Made by a program: the position numbers and the translations under genes. The notes beneath the pieces are model-generated. The model saw only the letters and a list, made by a program, of their open reading frames with translations, searched no databases and was not told where the DNA came from. A stretch of 64,000 nt of DNA from Patescibacteria group bacterium (lineage in GTDB: Bacteria > Patescibacteriota > Minisyncoccia > Moranbacterales > UBA2206), in the NCBI GenBank assembly GCA_022711335.1, contig JAKLFF010000001.1, positions 405,754-469,753 of the forward strand, in the 5' to 3' direction. Positions 43,411-52,126 of this stretch are shown piece after piece. The first letter of the stretch is position 1; every line of letters starts with the position of its first letter.

Positions 43411-44647
43411 TTTTATCCTGCTTTTCTTAATCTACCTGCCTTTTCAGCTGGCGCTTAATCCAACCGAGGGTATCGATCTGGCTTCAATCAGGGTTATTAT
43501 CCTCCTCCTTTTTCTGCTATGGCTGGCTAAGGGACTCAAAAATAAAAAGGTGCTCATAAAGAACAATTCGAGCACAGTTTTAATTATTTTTTTTCTAGCT
43601 TTTAATTTAATTTCAATCGCTGTTTCGGGAAATTTAGACTGGTCAGTAAGGAAGCTCCTGTTTCTTTTTTCAATTTTTCCCGTTTATTTTGTGTTTTCTG
43701 ATATCATTTCCGATAAAAATAAGATGGAAAAAGCGGCAAAGGTTTTAGTCTGGAGCGGGAGCGCCGCCGCTTTTTTGGGAATCATCCAGTTTTTGTTACA
43801 ATTTTTGATAGGTCTTGAAAAAACTTATAAAATTTGGGCGAATTTCATCATCTGGCCTTTTTTGGGAAACAATTTCAGCGAAGCGGTTCTTAAAAATTCC
43901 AGCTGGCTTGTGAATATTTCAGGAAAAACGATTCTTAGGGCAACTTCTACTTTCCCAGATCCCCATATGCTTGCTTTTTTTCTAGGAATCTTGATTCCCT
44001 TGTCGCTGGGATTATTTCTAAAATCAAAAAAACCGCTATACCTGTTTTTTTTCACAGTTTTATTTGTTGGCGATGTCCTAACTTTTTCTAGAGGCGGATA
44101 TATTGGGCTTTTAGCGGGAGCTCTGGCAATGTTTTTTTCACTTTGGAAAAAATTCGGCCTAAAATATAAAATAACTTTATTTTTAGCAGCAGGGATGATA
44201 GCTGGCGTTCTGCTTATCCCCGGTCCGATTTCAACCAGATTTATTTCTAGTTTGCATCTGAATGAAGGTTCAAATGCCGGAAGAATTGAGATGTGGCAAA
44301 GAGCCGGAGAAATTATTTTAGACAAGCCGCTTTTTGGAACGGGGATTGGCAATTATCCCCTTGAAATCAAACCTGACGCCAGTTATCGCGATCCTATTTA
44401 TGCGCATAATACCTATTTGGATGTTGCTGTGGAAACAGGAATAGCCAATGCCATTATTTGGATAACGCTTCTGGCGGGCTCCGCTTTTATTTTTATAAAA
44501 AAAGCGAAAAAAGAGCCTTTCTTTTTTTGGCTGGCGATAAGTCTGGTTATTTTTTTTGCTCATTCTTTGGTTGAAACGGCTATTTATTCACCGGTTGTAC
44601 TGATATTGCTTTTGGTAATAATAAGTTTTACAAATGTTGAAGAGTAA
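43403..44647 (+). CDS. O-antigen ligase/polymerase-family membrane protein (Wzy_C-like)
   Basis: 414 aa polytopic with a large loop and ...FSRGGYIGLLAGALAMFF..., typical of the O-antigen ligase family. Confidence 0.5.
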   Translation: MFNFILLFLIYLPFQLALNPTEGIDLASIRVIILLLFLLWLAKGLKNKKVLIKNNSSTVLIIFFLAFNLISIAVSGNLDWSVRKLLFLFSIFPVYFVFSDIISDKNKMEKAAKVLVWSGSAAAFLGIIQFLLQFLIGLEKTYKIWANFIIWPFLGNNFSEAVLKNSSWLVNISGKTILRATSTFPDPHMLAFFLGILIPLSLGLFLKSKKPLYLFFFTVLFVGDVLTFSRGGYIGLLAGALAMFFSLWKKFGLKYKITLFLAAGMIAGVLLIPGPISTRFISSLHLNEGSNAGRIEMWQRAGEIILDKPLFGTGIGNYPLEIKPDASYRDPIYAHNTYLDVAVETGIANAIIWITLLAGSAFIFIKKAKKEPFFFWLAISLVIFFAHSLVETAIYSPVVLILLLVIISFTNVEE

Positions 44648-44696
44648 AATGTCCGCCAAAGGCGGATCCGCCTTTGGCGGAAAGAAAATATTTAAC

Positions 44697-45863
44697 ATGG
44701 AAAATCTAATTTATTTGGCAGTTATCTTTTTGCCGGCATATCTCGTCCGGTTTAAAATATTTGGTATCCCGACTAATATTCTAGAAATGCTGATTTTGAT
44801 AATTTTTATTAGATGGATTATTGGTTGTGGTAGAGACGCATTGCAATGCGTCTCTACGATAGGCTATAAAAAATATATTATACCGATATTTTTTATTTTT
44901 CTAGGGCTTGCCATTTCAACATTAGCTAACGGGGGGTATGCGGCAGGCCTTGGCATAATCAAAAGCTGGTTCTTTTTTCCAATGCTATTTGTTTTTTTGG
45001 CAAGTCAGATTTTAGATAAAGAAAAAATAATAAATGTTTATAAATCCCTTTATTTATCCGCTTTTTTAGTTTCATTGATATCTTTGGGATATTTGTTTTC
45101 GGGGCATATTACATATGATGGAAGATTGCAGGGGTTTTTCAATTCGCCGAATTATTTGGCGATGTACCTTGCGCCGGCGCTGATAATGTTGGTGCAAGTT
45201 CAAAGTTTTCCATCGAAGGCGGATCAGCTTATGGCTGAAAAGCTAAAAGTTTTGATTTTATTATCCGGATCAATTATATTAATTACTTTTTATTTTACTT
45301 ACTCTTACGCTGCTTGGATTTCTGTGATTTTGAGCCTAATTATGGTTTCTATTATTAAAAACAAAGCGCTGGTTAAAAATAAAACAATAATCATTTTAGT
45401 TTTGTTAGCTGCGTCGTTATTTATAATCCAGCTAAATAGTGAAAAATTAATTAATCTTAAAAATTATAATCGATCTTCCTTGGAATCAAGGATAATAATC
45501 TGGAAATCAGCTGAAAAAATGTTGGAGAATAACTGGGTTTTTGGAATCGGACCGGGGAATTTTCAGGAAAAATATCTTGAGTATCAAAAATATTACCCGC
45601 CTTATCTCGAATGGGCGGTTCCCCACCCGCACAACTTATACCTGGCTTTTTGGCTCTACGGAGGAGTTTTAGGGATTTTGGGATTTATCTTTCTGCTTGG
45701 TTTTTGGCTTGAGGATATTATTAAAAAAAGCGACAGCATAGTTAAATTTATCGCTTTTAGCATAATGTTCTATATTTTGATCCACGGAGCGATTGATACG
45801 AATTATTTCAAAAATGATCTGGCGATAATTTTTTGGCTGAATTTTCTGATTTTTAAAATATAA
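44697..45863 (+). CDS. O-antigen ligase-family membrane protein (WaaL/Wzy-like)
   Basis: Polytopic. ...HPHNLYLAFWLYGGVLGILGFIFLLG... is the O-antigen ligase signature region. The start was set at 44697 because the upstream part of the track ORF contains a 28-bp perfect palindrome (44651-44678). Confidence 0.55.
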   Translation: MENLIYLAVIFLPAYLVRFKIFGIPTNILEMLILIIFIRWIIGCGRDALQCVSTIGYKKYIIPIFFIFLGLAISTLANGGYAAGLGIIKSWFFFPMLFVFLASQILDKEKIINVYKSLYLSAFLVSLISLGYLFSGHITYDGRLQGFFNSPNYLAMYLAPALIMLVQVQSFPSKADQLMAEKLKVLILLSGSIILITFYFTYSYAAWISVILSLIMVSIIKNKALVKNKTIIILVLLAASLFIIQLNSEKLINLKNYNRSSLESRIIIWKSAEKMLENNWVFGIGPGNFQEKYLEYQKYYPPYLEWAVPHPHNLYLAFWLYGGVLGILGFIFLLGFWLEDIIKKSDSIVKFIAFSIMFYILIHGAIDTNYFKNDLAIIFWLNFLIFKI

Positions 45864-45908
45864 AAAACGCTTTCCCAAGGTGCTTAATGAAGTTTTATTT
45901 ATAATATT

Positions 45909-47069
45909 CTACAAGCTTATTTGATATAGTTTCCCGTCAAGCTTGTTTATAAAAAATAGCAATCCTTCATCTGGGGACAGAAATAAATCAGATGCGTCGA
46001 ATTGCGCGTTTATTTTTTGGAGCTCGGAAAGTTCGATTATTCTTTCTGATTGCCGGGATGCCATATCCATTTTCCAGAAAGTATCGCTGGTTTTTATTTT
46101 TCCATTGTTGTAATCGTTGGGAAACATGGCGGATTCAGGAAGGTTTCCCGGTAGGGCATAATATAAAATTTTATTGTTTTTGGACCAGGTGCATTTCGAG
46201 ACAAATGTAGGAATGCCCAGGTTTGAATATTCTCCCCCATTGTAGTTCACAATGGCTAGCTGTATTTTCGATCCGCCTTTGGCGTCGCTGTGGCTTATAA
46301 GAATGTTATTTCCAGAATTGTCCCAGAGATAGTCAGCTCCAAATTTTTCCTTAAACAGGGATTTTTTTTGGCCGCCGACAGTCGGAATTGATTCTAGGCT
46401 GGTTTGGGACATATTATCAGGCTTGTTCCAAAAAGAAACGCTTCCACTTTGAGGAATTGGTGCGACAGAAGCGTTTAAATAGGCCAAGTCAGCCAGTTTT
46501 TTCCAATTGCTTCCGTCGGGATCTGAAATATTAAGCGTAGCCTTTTTTCTTTTGGGATCAATATAAACGTAGAAGATCTTGTCGCTTGACTGGTTCCAAA
46601 CAGCTTCGCGGATATTTTTGTCAAGGGAATATCCTTTTCCAGCCGAATAATTGTAAGAAGAAAATCGAGTGCTGCTATCAGATTGGAAAAATTTTGAAAT
46701 AACTTTAGTTTTATCTGGCGACCAAAGAATATTTTTTAAATCAATTAAATCATTGGCAGAAAGAGTTTTTTTGTTTGTTCCATCAAGATCAATTTCATAG
46801 GCATGGCCATCTTTTTGCGAATAATATTTAATAGACAGTCCGTTGGGGGAAAGAACTGGGGATAAAACAGCTTCATCGGAAATGGCAGAAATTTTAGCGG
46901 TATCTTTTTCCGGTTGAGTGGCAGAAACGGGCTGTGCGGGATTTTCTTTTTTAACGGTCGGGGCGACTTCTTTGGGTTTATAAAAAGACAAGCGATAAAT
47001 GCCCAAAAAAAGGATAGAAACGATGAAAATAATAAGAGACGCAAAAAAAAGTTTTTTAAGAAGAGACAC
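45909..47069 (-). CDS. Membrane-anchored WD40-like beta-propeller (PD40/TolB-like repeat) protein; last gene of the T4SS-like operon
   Basis: N-terminal TM anchor, a Pro/Ala-rich linker, then repeated ...DG..I.Y......IW..D..G.N...L... blocks (e.g. KDGHAYEIDLDGTNKKTL; DKIFYVYIDPKRKKATLNISDPDGSNWKKL). Confidence 0.45.
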   Translation of the reverse strand: MSLLKKLFFASLIIFIVSILFLGIYRLSFYKPKEVAPTVKKENPAQPVSATQPEKDTAKISAISDEAVLSPVLSPNGLSIKYYSQKDGHAYEIDLDGTNKKTLSANDLIDLKNILWSPDKTKVISKFFQSDSSTRFSSYNYSAGKGYSLDKNIREAVWNQSSDKIFYVYIDPKRKKATLNISDPDGSNWKKLADLAYLNASVAPIPQSGSVSFWNKPDNMSQTSLESIPTVGGQKKSLFKEKFGADYLWDNSGNNILISHSDAKGGSKIQLAIVNYNGGEYSNLGIPTFVSKCTWSKNNKILYYALPGNLPESAMFPNDYNNGKIKTSDTFWKMDMASRQSERIIELSELQKINAQFDASDLFLSPDEGLLFFINKLDGKLYQISL

Positions 47070-47072
47070 TTT

Positions 47073-48407
47073 TTAGTTATTAAATCTTATATGAAGAATG
47101 CCGTTGGGCTCATTATAACCGTCGCAATTTTTTCTGAGTCGAGAGTTTGCGCTATCTGTACAAAGTTGAGCTACATTTAGCTGGCTGCTGTTATTATAGA
47201 CGCATTGTGCTTGGGTTGAGCTTGCTTCTACATCAAAAGTCAGTCCGTTATGAGATGAATGTCCAGTTTCATTTGCTCCTGTGATGGTGTTTATACCGCA
47301 AGTGTTTTTAACTGCAATAATCTCATTAATAGCATTATTTTCCATTCCATCAAGACTGGTGCATCTGGAATTATTGCGATCTGAACAATTTCCGGAACTT
47401 TTAATAGAAAAACCGGCATCAGTGAGAATTTTTCTTAGTGCTGCATCAGTTCCCGTACCCGTTGAAGTTGTTATAGCTCCTCCGCTGGTGGTTCCGCTTC
47501 CGGTCAGTGCTGAACTGGCTGTGTCGCAAGTGAACGTGTGCCAGCTGGATTTTCCAATTCCAAGCTGCGGATCGGCATTGGCCACCCAGGTTATCGTAAC
47601 ATCCACAATCAGCCAGGCGGCGAGAGTAATGGCAAATCCGACCAGGCTGGCCGTGAGAAAATCCTTAGCTTGAGTAATCATTTTCTCGCTTCCAGTGGAA
47701 ACCGTGTACATTATTCCGGAAATGAAGATAGCTACAATAGCTACGGTTACCAGGATATTTTTCCCCCATTCAATAAGATTCCAGATACCGATGATAAGAT
47801 GGCAAAGGGTGCAGGGGTCAGATTCTCCCCCGCAAGGGACAATGCCGGAAGAACTTGAAGAAGACGAAGTTTGGCTATATGTAATTTTCAATACGCTGCA
47901 GCATATTTTTCCGCTATCGCAATTCGAATCATATTCAGATACATGCATAGAATAACTGCCGCTGCAGCTGCTGCCACTCTGACACTCTCCCTGATCATAC
48001 AGAGTATCGTTATCTGGCACGCAAGTTGTTGAAGAGCTGCTGCTGGTTTTTGTTTCGGTGCAGCAAACTCCATCACTGCCTATTTTTGATACGCAATCAA
48101 GAGAATAATCAAGTTGTTTGCTGCAATTGCTTTTCTTTGCACAAATTGCTTCTCCAATATTTTTTTTTATTTCATTACTGTTGCATTGAAGAACACAACA
48201 ATATTCATCAGAACTACAGCCATATTTTCCTCCGGCAGTATCCAGGGGAATTTCTGCAGAAACAGCGCAGTTTTTATTTACAGAACAAGTCCCACCATAA
48301 ATATCTTCGCATTCAGAAGCAAAAGCAATTTGAAAAGAAAGAAAACTTCCAACAAATAACATTAAAAAGAAAATAAATATATTTATTTTTGATGTTTTTT
48401 TATGCAT
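47073..48407 (-). CDS. VirB2/TrbC-type (CPR 'T4SS pilin'-like) protein with N-terminal Cys-rich domain and C-terminal putative LAS/M15-like peptidase domain
   Basis: Signal peptide, then a Cys-rich region (ECEDIYGGTCS...CCVLQCNS...). The pilin core is PCGGESDPCTLCHLIIGIWNLIEWGKNILVTVAIVAIFISGIMYTVSTGSEKMITQAKDFLTASLVGFAITLAAWLIVD, two TM helices with a conserved Cys pair. The C-terminus has ...TGHSSHNGLTFDV, resembling the S-x-H-x-x-G-x-A-x-D zinc site of the VanY/M15 LAS peptidases. Confidence 0.55.
   Translation of the reverse strand: MHKKTSKINIFIFFLMLFVGSFLSFQIAFASECEDIYGGTCSVNKNCAVSAEIPLDTAGGKYGCSSDEYCCVLQCNSNEIKKNIGEAICAKKSNCSKQLDYSLDCVSKIGSDGVCCTETKTSSSSSTTCVPDNDTLYDQGECQSGSSCSGSYSMHVSEYDSNCDSGKICCSVLKITYSQTSSSSSSSGIVPCGGESDPCTLCHLIIGIWNLIEWGKNILVTVAIVAIFISGIMYTVSTGSEKMITQAKDFLTASLVGFAITLAAWLIVDVTITWVANADPQLGIGKSSWHTFTCDTASSALTGSGTTSGGAITTSTGTGTDAALRKILTDAGFSIKSSGNCSDRNNSRCTSLDGMENNAINEIIAVKNTCGINTITGANETGHSSHNGLTFDVEASSTQAQCVYNNSSQLNVAQLCTDSANSRLRKNCDGYNEPNGILHIRFNN
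47509..47856. repeat. ~350-bp near-identical duplicated segment (pilin core), copy A
   Basis: ~90% identical by eye to 50485-50830, e.g. GCTGAACTGGCTGTGTCGCAAGTGAACGTGTGCCAGCTGGATTTTCC... in both. Confidence 0.6.
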
Positions 48408-48464
48408 TTCTGGATTTATACTAGCATATTTTTTGACAAAAAAACAGGATTTTGAATGATGTCG

Positions 48465-49178
48465 CTATTTATGTCTTTTTTTCCAAAAAAAATAAATTGC
48501 TAAAATACCCAAAGTGAACGCAGCTGCTAATAAATATAAAAGGTGGTTTGCTTGGTTTTTGGTTTCAGATCTCGGGTTGCTTTCAACAATATTAAATTTA
48601 GAAAGAGTATTTTTTAGACTGCAATCGGATGGACAATTTTCCTGATTTTCCCCCTGGTCGCACTCGTTATTTTCATTGCAAGTTGCGACGGAAGATAGAT
48701 CAATGGAAAAAACTTTATTGCCCTTTTCATCATAAATATCCGCGAATTTTCCATTGGGGAAATAAGGAATATTTATGAGAAGGTTGCCTTTTGAAACTTC
48801 TTCACAGCCTCCTTTTATTTCCCCGGTCTTTTCATTGAATTCATCGCTACAAATAATTGTCTTGAGACTGCCCACAGGGAAATATCCCAAATTCTTTCCC
48901 TGAAAAGAAACAACTCTTCCATCAGGTTCTTCCTGATATATGCTGTTGCTGTAGACATACTCTCCGTTGGCTATTCGCAGCCCAATAGTTTTGAACTTGG
49001 AGTCGGTTTTCTGAATTGAAGCTGCGACAAACTTCGAAGTTGACAGTTGATCGGCAGCGGAATTTTTTCCCAAAATGGCAAAGAAGCAGGAAAAAATAAC
49101 AAAAAGAACCAAATTTATTTTTTTTATGTTTTTCATTTTTTCCTCCAACCTCTTTTCAAATTGATATTTTTTAAACAA
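48465..49178 (-). CDS. Hypothetical secreted protein with C-terminal TM anchor
   Basis: Signal peptide, a Cys-containing ectodomain (CNENNECDQGENQENCPSDCS), and a C-terminal hydrophobic helix + KKRHK. Confidence 0.4.
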   Translation of the reverse strand: MFKKYQFEKRLEEKMKNIKKINLVLFVIFSCFFAILGKNSAADQLSTSKFVAASIQKTDSKFKTIGLRIANGEYVYSNSIYQEEPDGRVVSFQGKNLGYFPVGSLKTIICSDEFNEKTGEIKGGCEEVSKGNLLINIPYFPNGKFADIYDEKGNKVFSIDLSSVATCNENNECDQGENQENCPSDCSLKNTLSKFNIVESNPRSETKNQANHLLYLLAAAFTLGILAIYFFWKKRHK

Positions 49179-49238
49179 ATCAACTTGCGAGGATAATACG
49201 AATTAATGAAAAAAGTCAAGTGAATTATGCAAAACTTT

Positions 49239-50963
49239 CTATTCATCAAGACTTTTAAGTTGGACATGCTGATTGGGATAACTCGAAATTGTTTTTTTGA
49301 TTATATATTCCTGCAGCGCGGAAAATGCCGAAGCTGTCAAATGGTTATTCATTAAACTGTTTTCTGACGATCTATAGCTGTCCTGTGTCAAACAGCCGGA
49401 ATGGCAGCCAGTTTCTATTGTTTTCCACTTGGTACATTCTTTGTTTGTTGTGCAGTTATAATTATGTTCTAGTTTGGCATCGTTAAATTTTTTATATGGG
49501 CTGTATTCATCTGATAGAAACGCAAAATTATGGCCAATCTGTTCATGGGCTAAAACATTAGGACTTATATTTCCGATGCAATAATAAGCATTATTTCCCA
49601 TATCGCCGTAAGCAGTTTTGCCACTGCCATTTTGGATCCATCCGTAACTAACATATTCCTTTTTTGATTCCACATCCGGGCAAATATTTGTTTGTGTTGT
49701 TGTAAACACTTTGTCTGATCGGTATACGCCGAAATTATCCGATAAATTATTAGCATTGGCTCCGCTGGATGCAAAAGAGACTTTCGTTTTGAAAGTGTCC
49801 GTTTGATCCGTATTATTTTCGTCCCACATTTCAACAGAATCTGAACAAGGCTGGCTTGATAAACCTATAAAATGTGTATTTATTCTAGCCAGAATTAGAA
49901 TAAACTTGGCGTCCTTGTTTCCATAAATAAACTGGCATCCGTCTGCATCGTCGCTGATAGATAGCGACTTTGATACGACAGCTGTTTCGGAGCTGCTTAT
50001 GACTATCCCAAAATCATAATCTCCCGCCAAAAGAGCGGTGCTGGTGTTATATTTTTCCGATTCATAGGGAAAAGTTATGGTGTAAGTTTTTGTGCTGGCT
50101 TTGGCGTCTTCGGAAATTATTTTGAAGTTCTGGCTGGTTGCATAGAATTTTTTGGAAACATTTCCTTCGGCTATGCCTATTCCTATGGCAAACTTTGTCG
50201 GATTTTTTACATTAGTGCAAACGCTTACTGAAAGGCTGCCTTTTTCCTTAATATCTTTTAGCGAGGCTGAAGATGGATTTAGTCCGCTTATAAAATAGCT
50301 GTTTTCTCCATCAGTTATTTCGGCGGCTTGTGCCTTATTTATACTGATAACTTCAGGCGCCAAACTTCGGTTATTCATAGTAAATTCAGGAGGGGTGGAT
50401 ATGACCTGAGTTTCTCCTGAAGGTACGGCGCAGGTTGGCGGCGCGGTGCTTTCAATTCCGGTACTGCTGCTCCCGCCTGATGCCGAACTGGCTGTATCGC
50501 AAGTGAACGTGTGCCAGCTGGATTTTCCGATTCCAAGCTGCGGATCGGCATTGGCCACCCATGTTATCGTAACATCCACAATCAGCCAGGCGGCGAGAGT
50601 AATCGCAAAACCAACGAGGCTAGCCGTAAGAAAAGCTTTAGCTTGAGTAATAAGCTTCTCATTTCCTGTAGAAATCGTATACATTATCCCGGAAATGAAG
50701 ATGGCGACAATGGCTACGGTTACCAGGATATTTTTCCCCCATTCAATAAGATTCCAGATGCCGACGATAAGATGGCAAAGGGTGCAGGGATCAGATTCTC
50801 CTCCGCAGGGAACAATGCCTGTGTGTGTAGATTCTGTGGTAGGATTTGTGACAGTAATCATTGGTCTGTTTCCGCTCATGTCAATCGGGTCGGAAGCAAA
50901 AACAGCATTACCGGAAAACAATGCGAATGCAAAAAAAAATACAAAAAAGAAGAATTTTTTCAT
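49239..50963 (-). CDS. VirB2/TrbC-type pilin-like protein fused to a C-terminal HExxH zinc-metalloprotease-like domain
   Basis: Signal peptide, then the pilin core PCGGESDPCTLCHLIVGIWNLIEWGKNILVTVAIVAIFISGIMYTISTGNEKLITQAKAFLTASLVGFAITLAAWLIVD. A ~400-aa extracellular domain ends in ...VLAHEQIGHNFAFLSDEY (HExxH). Confidence 0.55.
   Translation of the reverse strand: MKKFFFFVFFFAFALFSGNAVFASDPIDMSGNRPMITVTNPTTESTHTGIVPCGGESDPCTLCHLIVGIWNLIEWGKNILVTVAIVAIFISGIMYTISTGNEKLITQAKAFLTASLVGFAITLAAWLIVDVTITWVANADPQLGIGKSSWHTFTCDTASSASGGSSSTGIESTAPPTCAVPSGETQVISTPPEFTMNNRSLAPEVISINKAQAAEITDGENSYFISGLNPSSASLKDIKEKGSLSVSVCTNVKNPTKFAIGIGIAEGNVSKKFYATSQNFKIISEDAKASTKTYTITFPYESEKYNTSTALLAGDYDFGIVISSSETAVVSKSLSISDDADGCQFIYGNKDAKFILILARINTHFIGLSSQPCSDSVEMWDENNTDQTDTFKTKVSFASSGANANNLSDNFGVYRSDKVFTTTQTNICPDVESKKEYVSYGWIQNGSGKTAYGDMGNNAYYCIGNISPNVLAHEQIGHNFAFLSDEYSPYKKFNDAKLEHNYNCTTNKECTKWKTIETGCHSGCLTQDSYRSSENSLMNNHLTASAFSALQEYIIKKTISSYPNQHVQLKSLDE
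50485..50830. repeat. ~350-bp near-identical duplicated segment (pilin core), copy B
   Basis: Matches 47509-47856. Confidence 0.6.
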
Positions 50964-51013
50964 GGATATATAAATAATTTTATAAGTAAATCTAAAAATT
51001 CTACAAATTTAAA

Positions 51014-52126
51014 CTAAGTGGGACAGTTTTTATATACATTATAGTTAGCTATTATTCCATCGCAATAGTTTCCTCCGCAAGCGTTTCTATCTGTACAAGA
51101 TCCACAGTAGAGCTTAGCAGCCTTTCTAATTCCAGCTTCGCTATAATCGCCGCCGCTATCAAGACGGATTTTATTTGCTGCACATTTAAGTGCGTCTTGC
51201 CGATTAAATTTGCTTCCTGAGCACCCATATCTCTTGTCATACCATGTTCCGTCTGTGAATTGCATTGCTCCTCCAGCCCCATAAAGATTATTTTTATTAC
51301 AAGCGCTTGGATTAGACATAGCAGGAGAACATTCTCTTAGCATAAAAGAAGCTAAGAGGGCAGTAGGAACTCCGCCACCGGCATTATTGAGCTCGTTTTT
51401 CAGAGAATCATTCAGATCACTGCATGTTCCAGTTGCACGTACGGCTGTCCCGCTTCCGCATCCTGCAATACATTCTGATGTCCAGCTTTGATTTCCTCCG
51501 GCATCCCGACACCATTTTTCACACTCGGCCTGATTTTGAGAAGAACTTGCACCTGACATGCTAATTGTTTTTATCTTCACCAGTTCCGGATTAATGACAT
51601 AAAGAATAAGATAAGCAGAGAGGGCCATAAGCACTCCGATTATGGCGTCGGTAATAATTCCCTTGGCTTTTTCCATTGAAGCGTTGTTTCCGGCGCTGGT
51701 GATGTACATAAAACCGCCGATCATAATCATAAGTAGCGCAGAAAGGCCGATAGTCCAAATGCCGAAATTATAAACTGCCAGAACATAGGTCGAAAAATCT
51801 CCGGTAGCGTCAAATCCCGGTATTTTTTCCATGGGAGTATAATCAAAAGATGCTGAATCTGAACTGCCGGTGCCAGTCTTAGGTTGGCTAGCGCTGGGAT
51901 TGGTTTTTGAGGCATCCGTTGATCCTGAAGGGTCATTTTTTGTAGTATAGTTTGAAACACCGCTGCTTGAGGAATCATTTTCTGGAGTATAATTTGAATC
52001 GCCTCCAAAATCTTCCGCAAAGGCCTGATTTGAATAGCTGAATAAAAAACAAAGAGACAAAACGAACAGGGCGAAAACAAAGATTGAAAATAACAAAACC
52101 GGATATTTTTTTATTTTAGTATTCAT
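51014..52126 (-). CDS. VirB2/TrbC-type pilin-like protein fused to a C-terminal lytic-transglycosylase-like (VirB1-like) Cys-rich domain
   Basis: Signal peptide and a Ser/Thr-rich linker, then the pilin core YVLAVYNFGIWTIGLSALLMIMIGGFMYITSAGNNASMEKAKGIITDAIIGVLMALSAYLILYVINP. The C-terminal domain has LRECSPAMSN...LYGAGGAMQFTDGTWYDKRYG, an E-x-S...G-x-MQ-x...Y pattern of family-1 SLT lytic transglycosylases, and many Cys. Confidence 0.55.
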   Translation of the reverse strand: MNTKIKKYPVLLFSIFVFALFVLSLCFLFSYSNQAFAEDFGGDSNYTPENDSSSSGVSNYTTKNDPSGSTDASKTNPSASQPKTGTGSSDSASFDYTPMEKIPGFDATGDFSTYVLAVYNFGIWTIGLSALLMIMIGGFMYITSAGNNASMEKAKGIITDAIIGVLMALSAYLILYVINPELVKIKTISMSGASSSQNQAECEKWCRDAGGNQSWTSECIAGCGSGTAVRATGTCSDLNDSLKNELNNAGGGVPTALLASFMLRECSPAMSNPSACNKNNLYGAGGAMQFTDGTWYDKRYGCSGSKFNRQDALKCAANKIRLDSGGDYSEAGIRKAAKLYCGSCTDRNACGGNYCDGIIANYNVYKNCPT

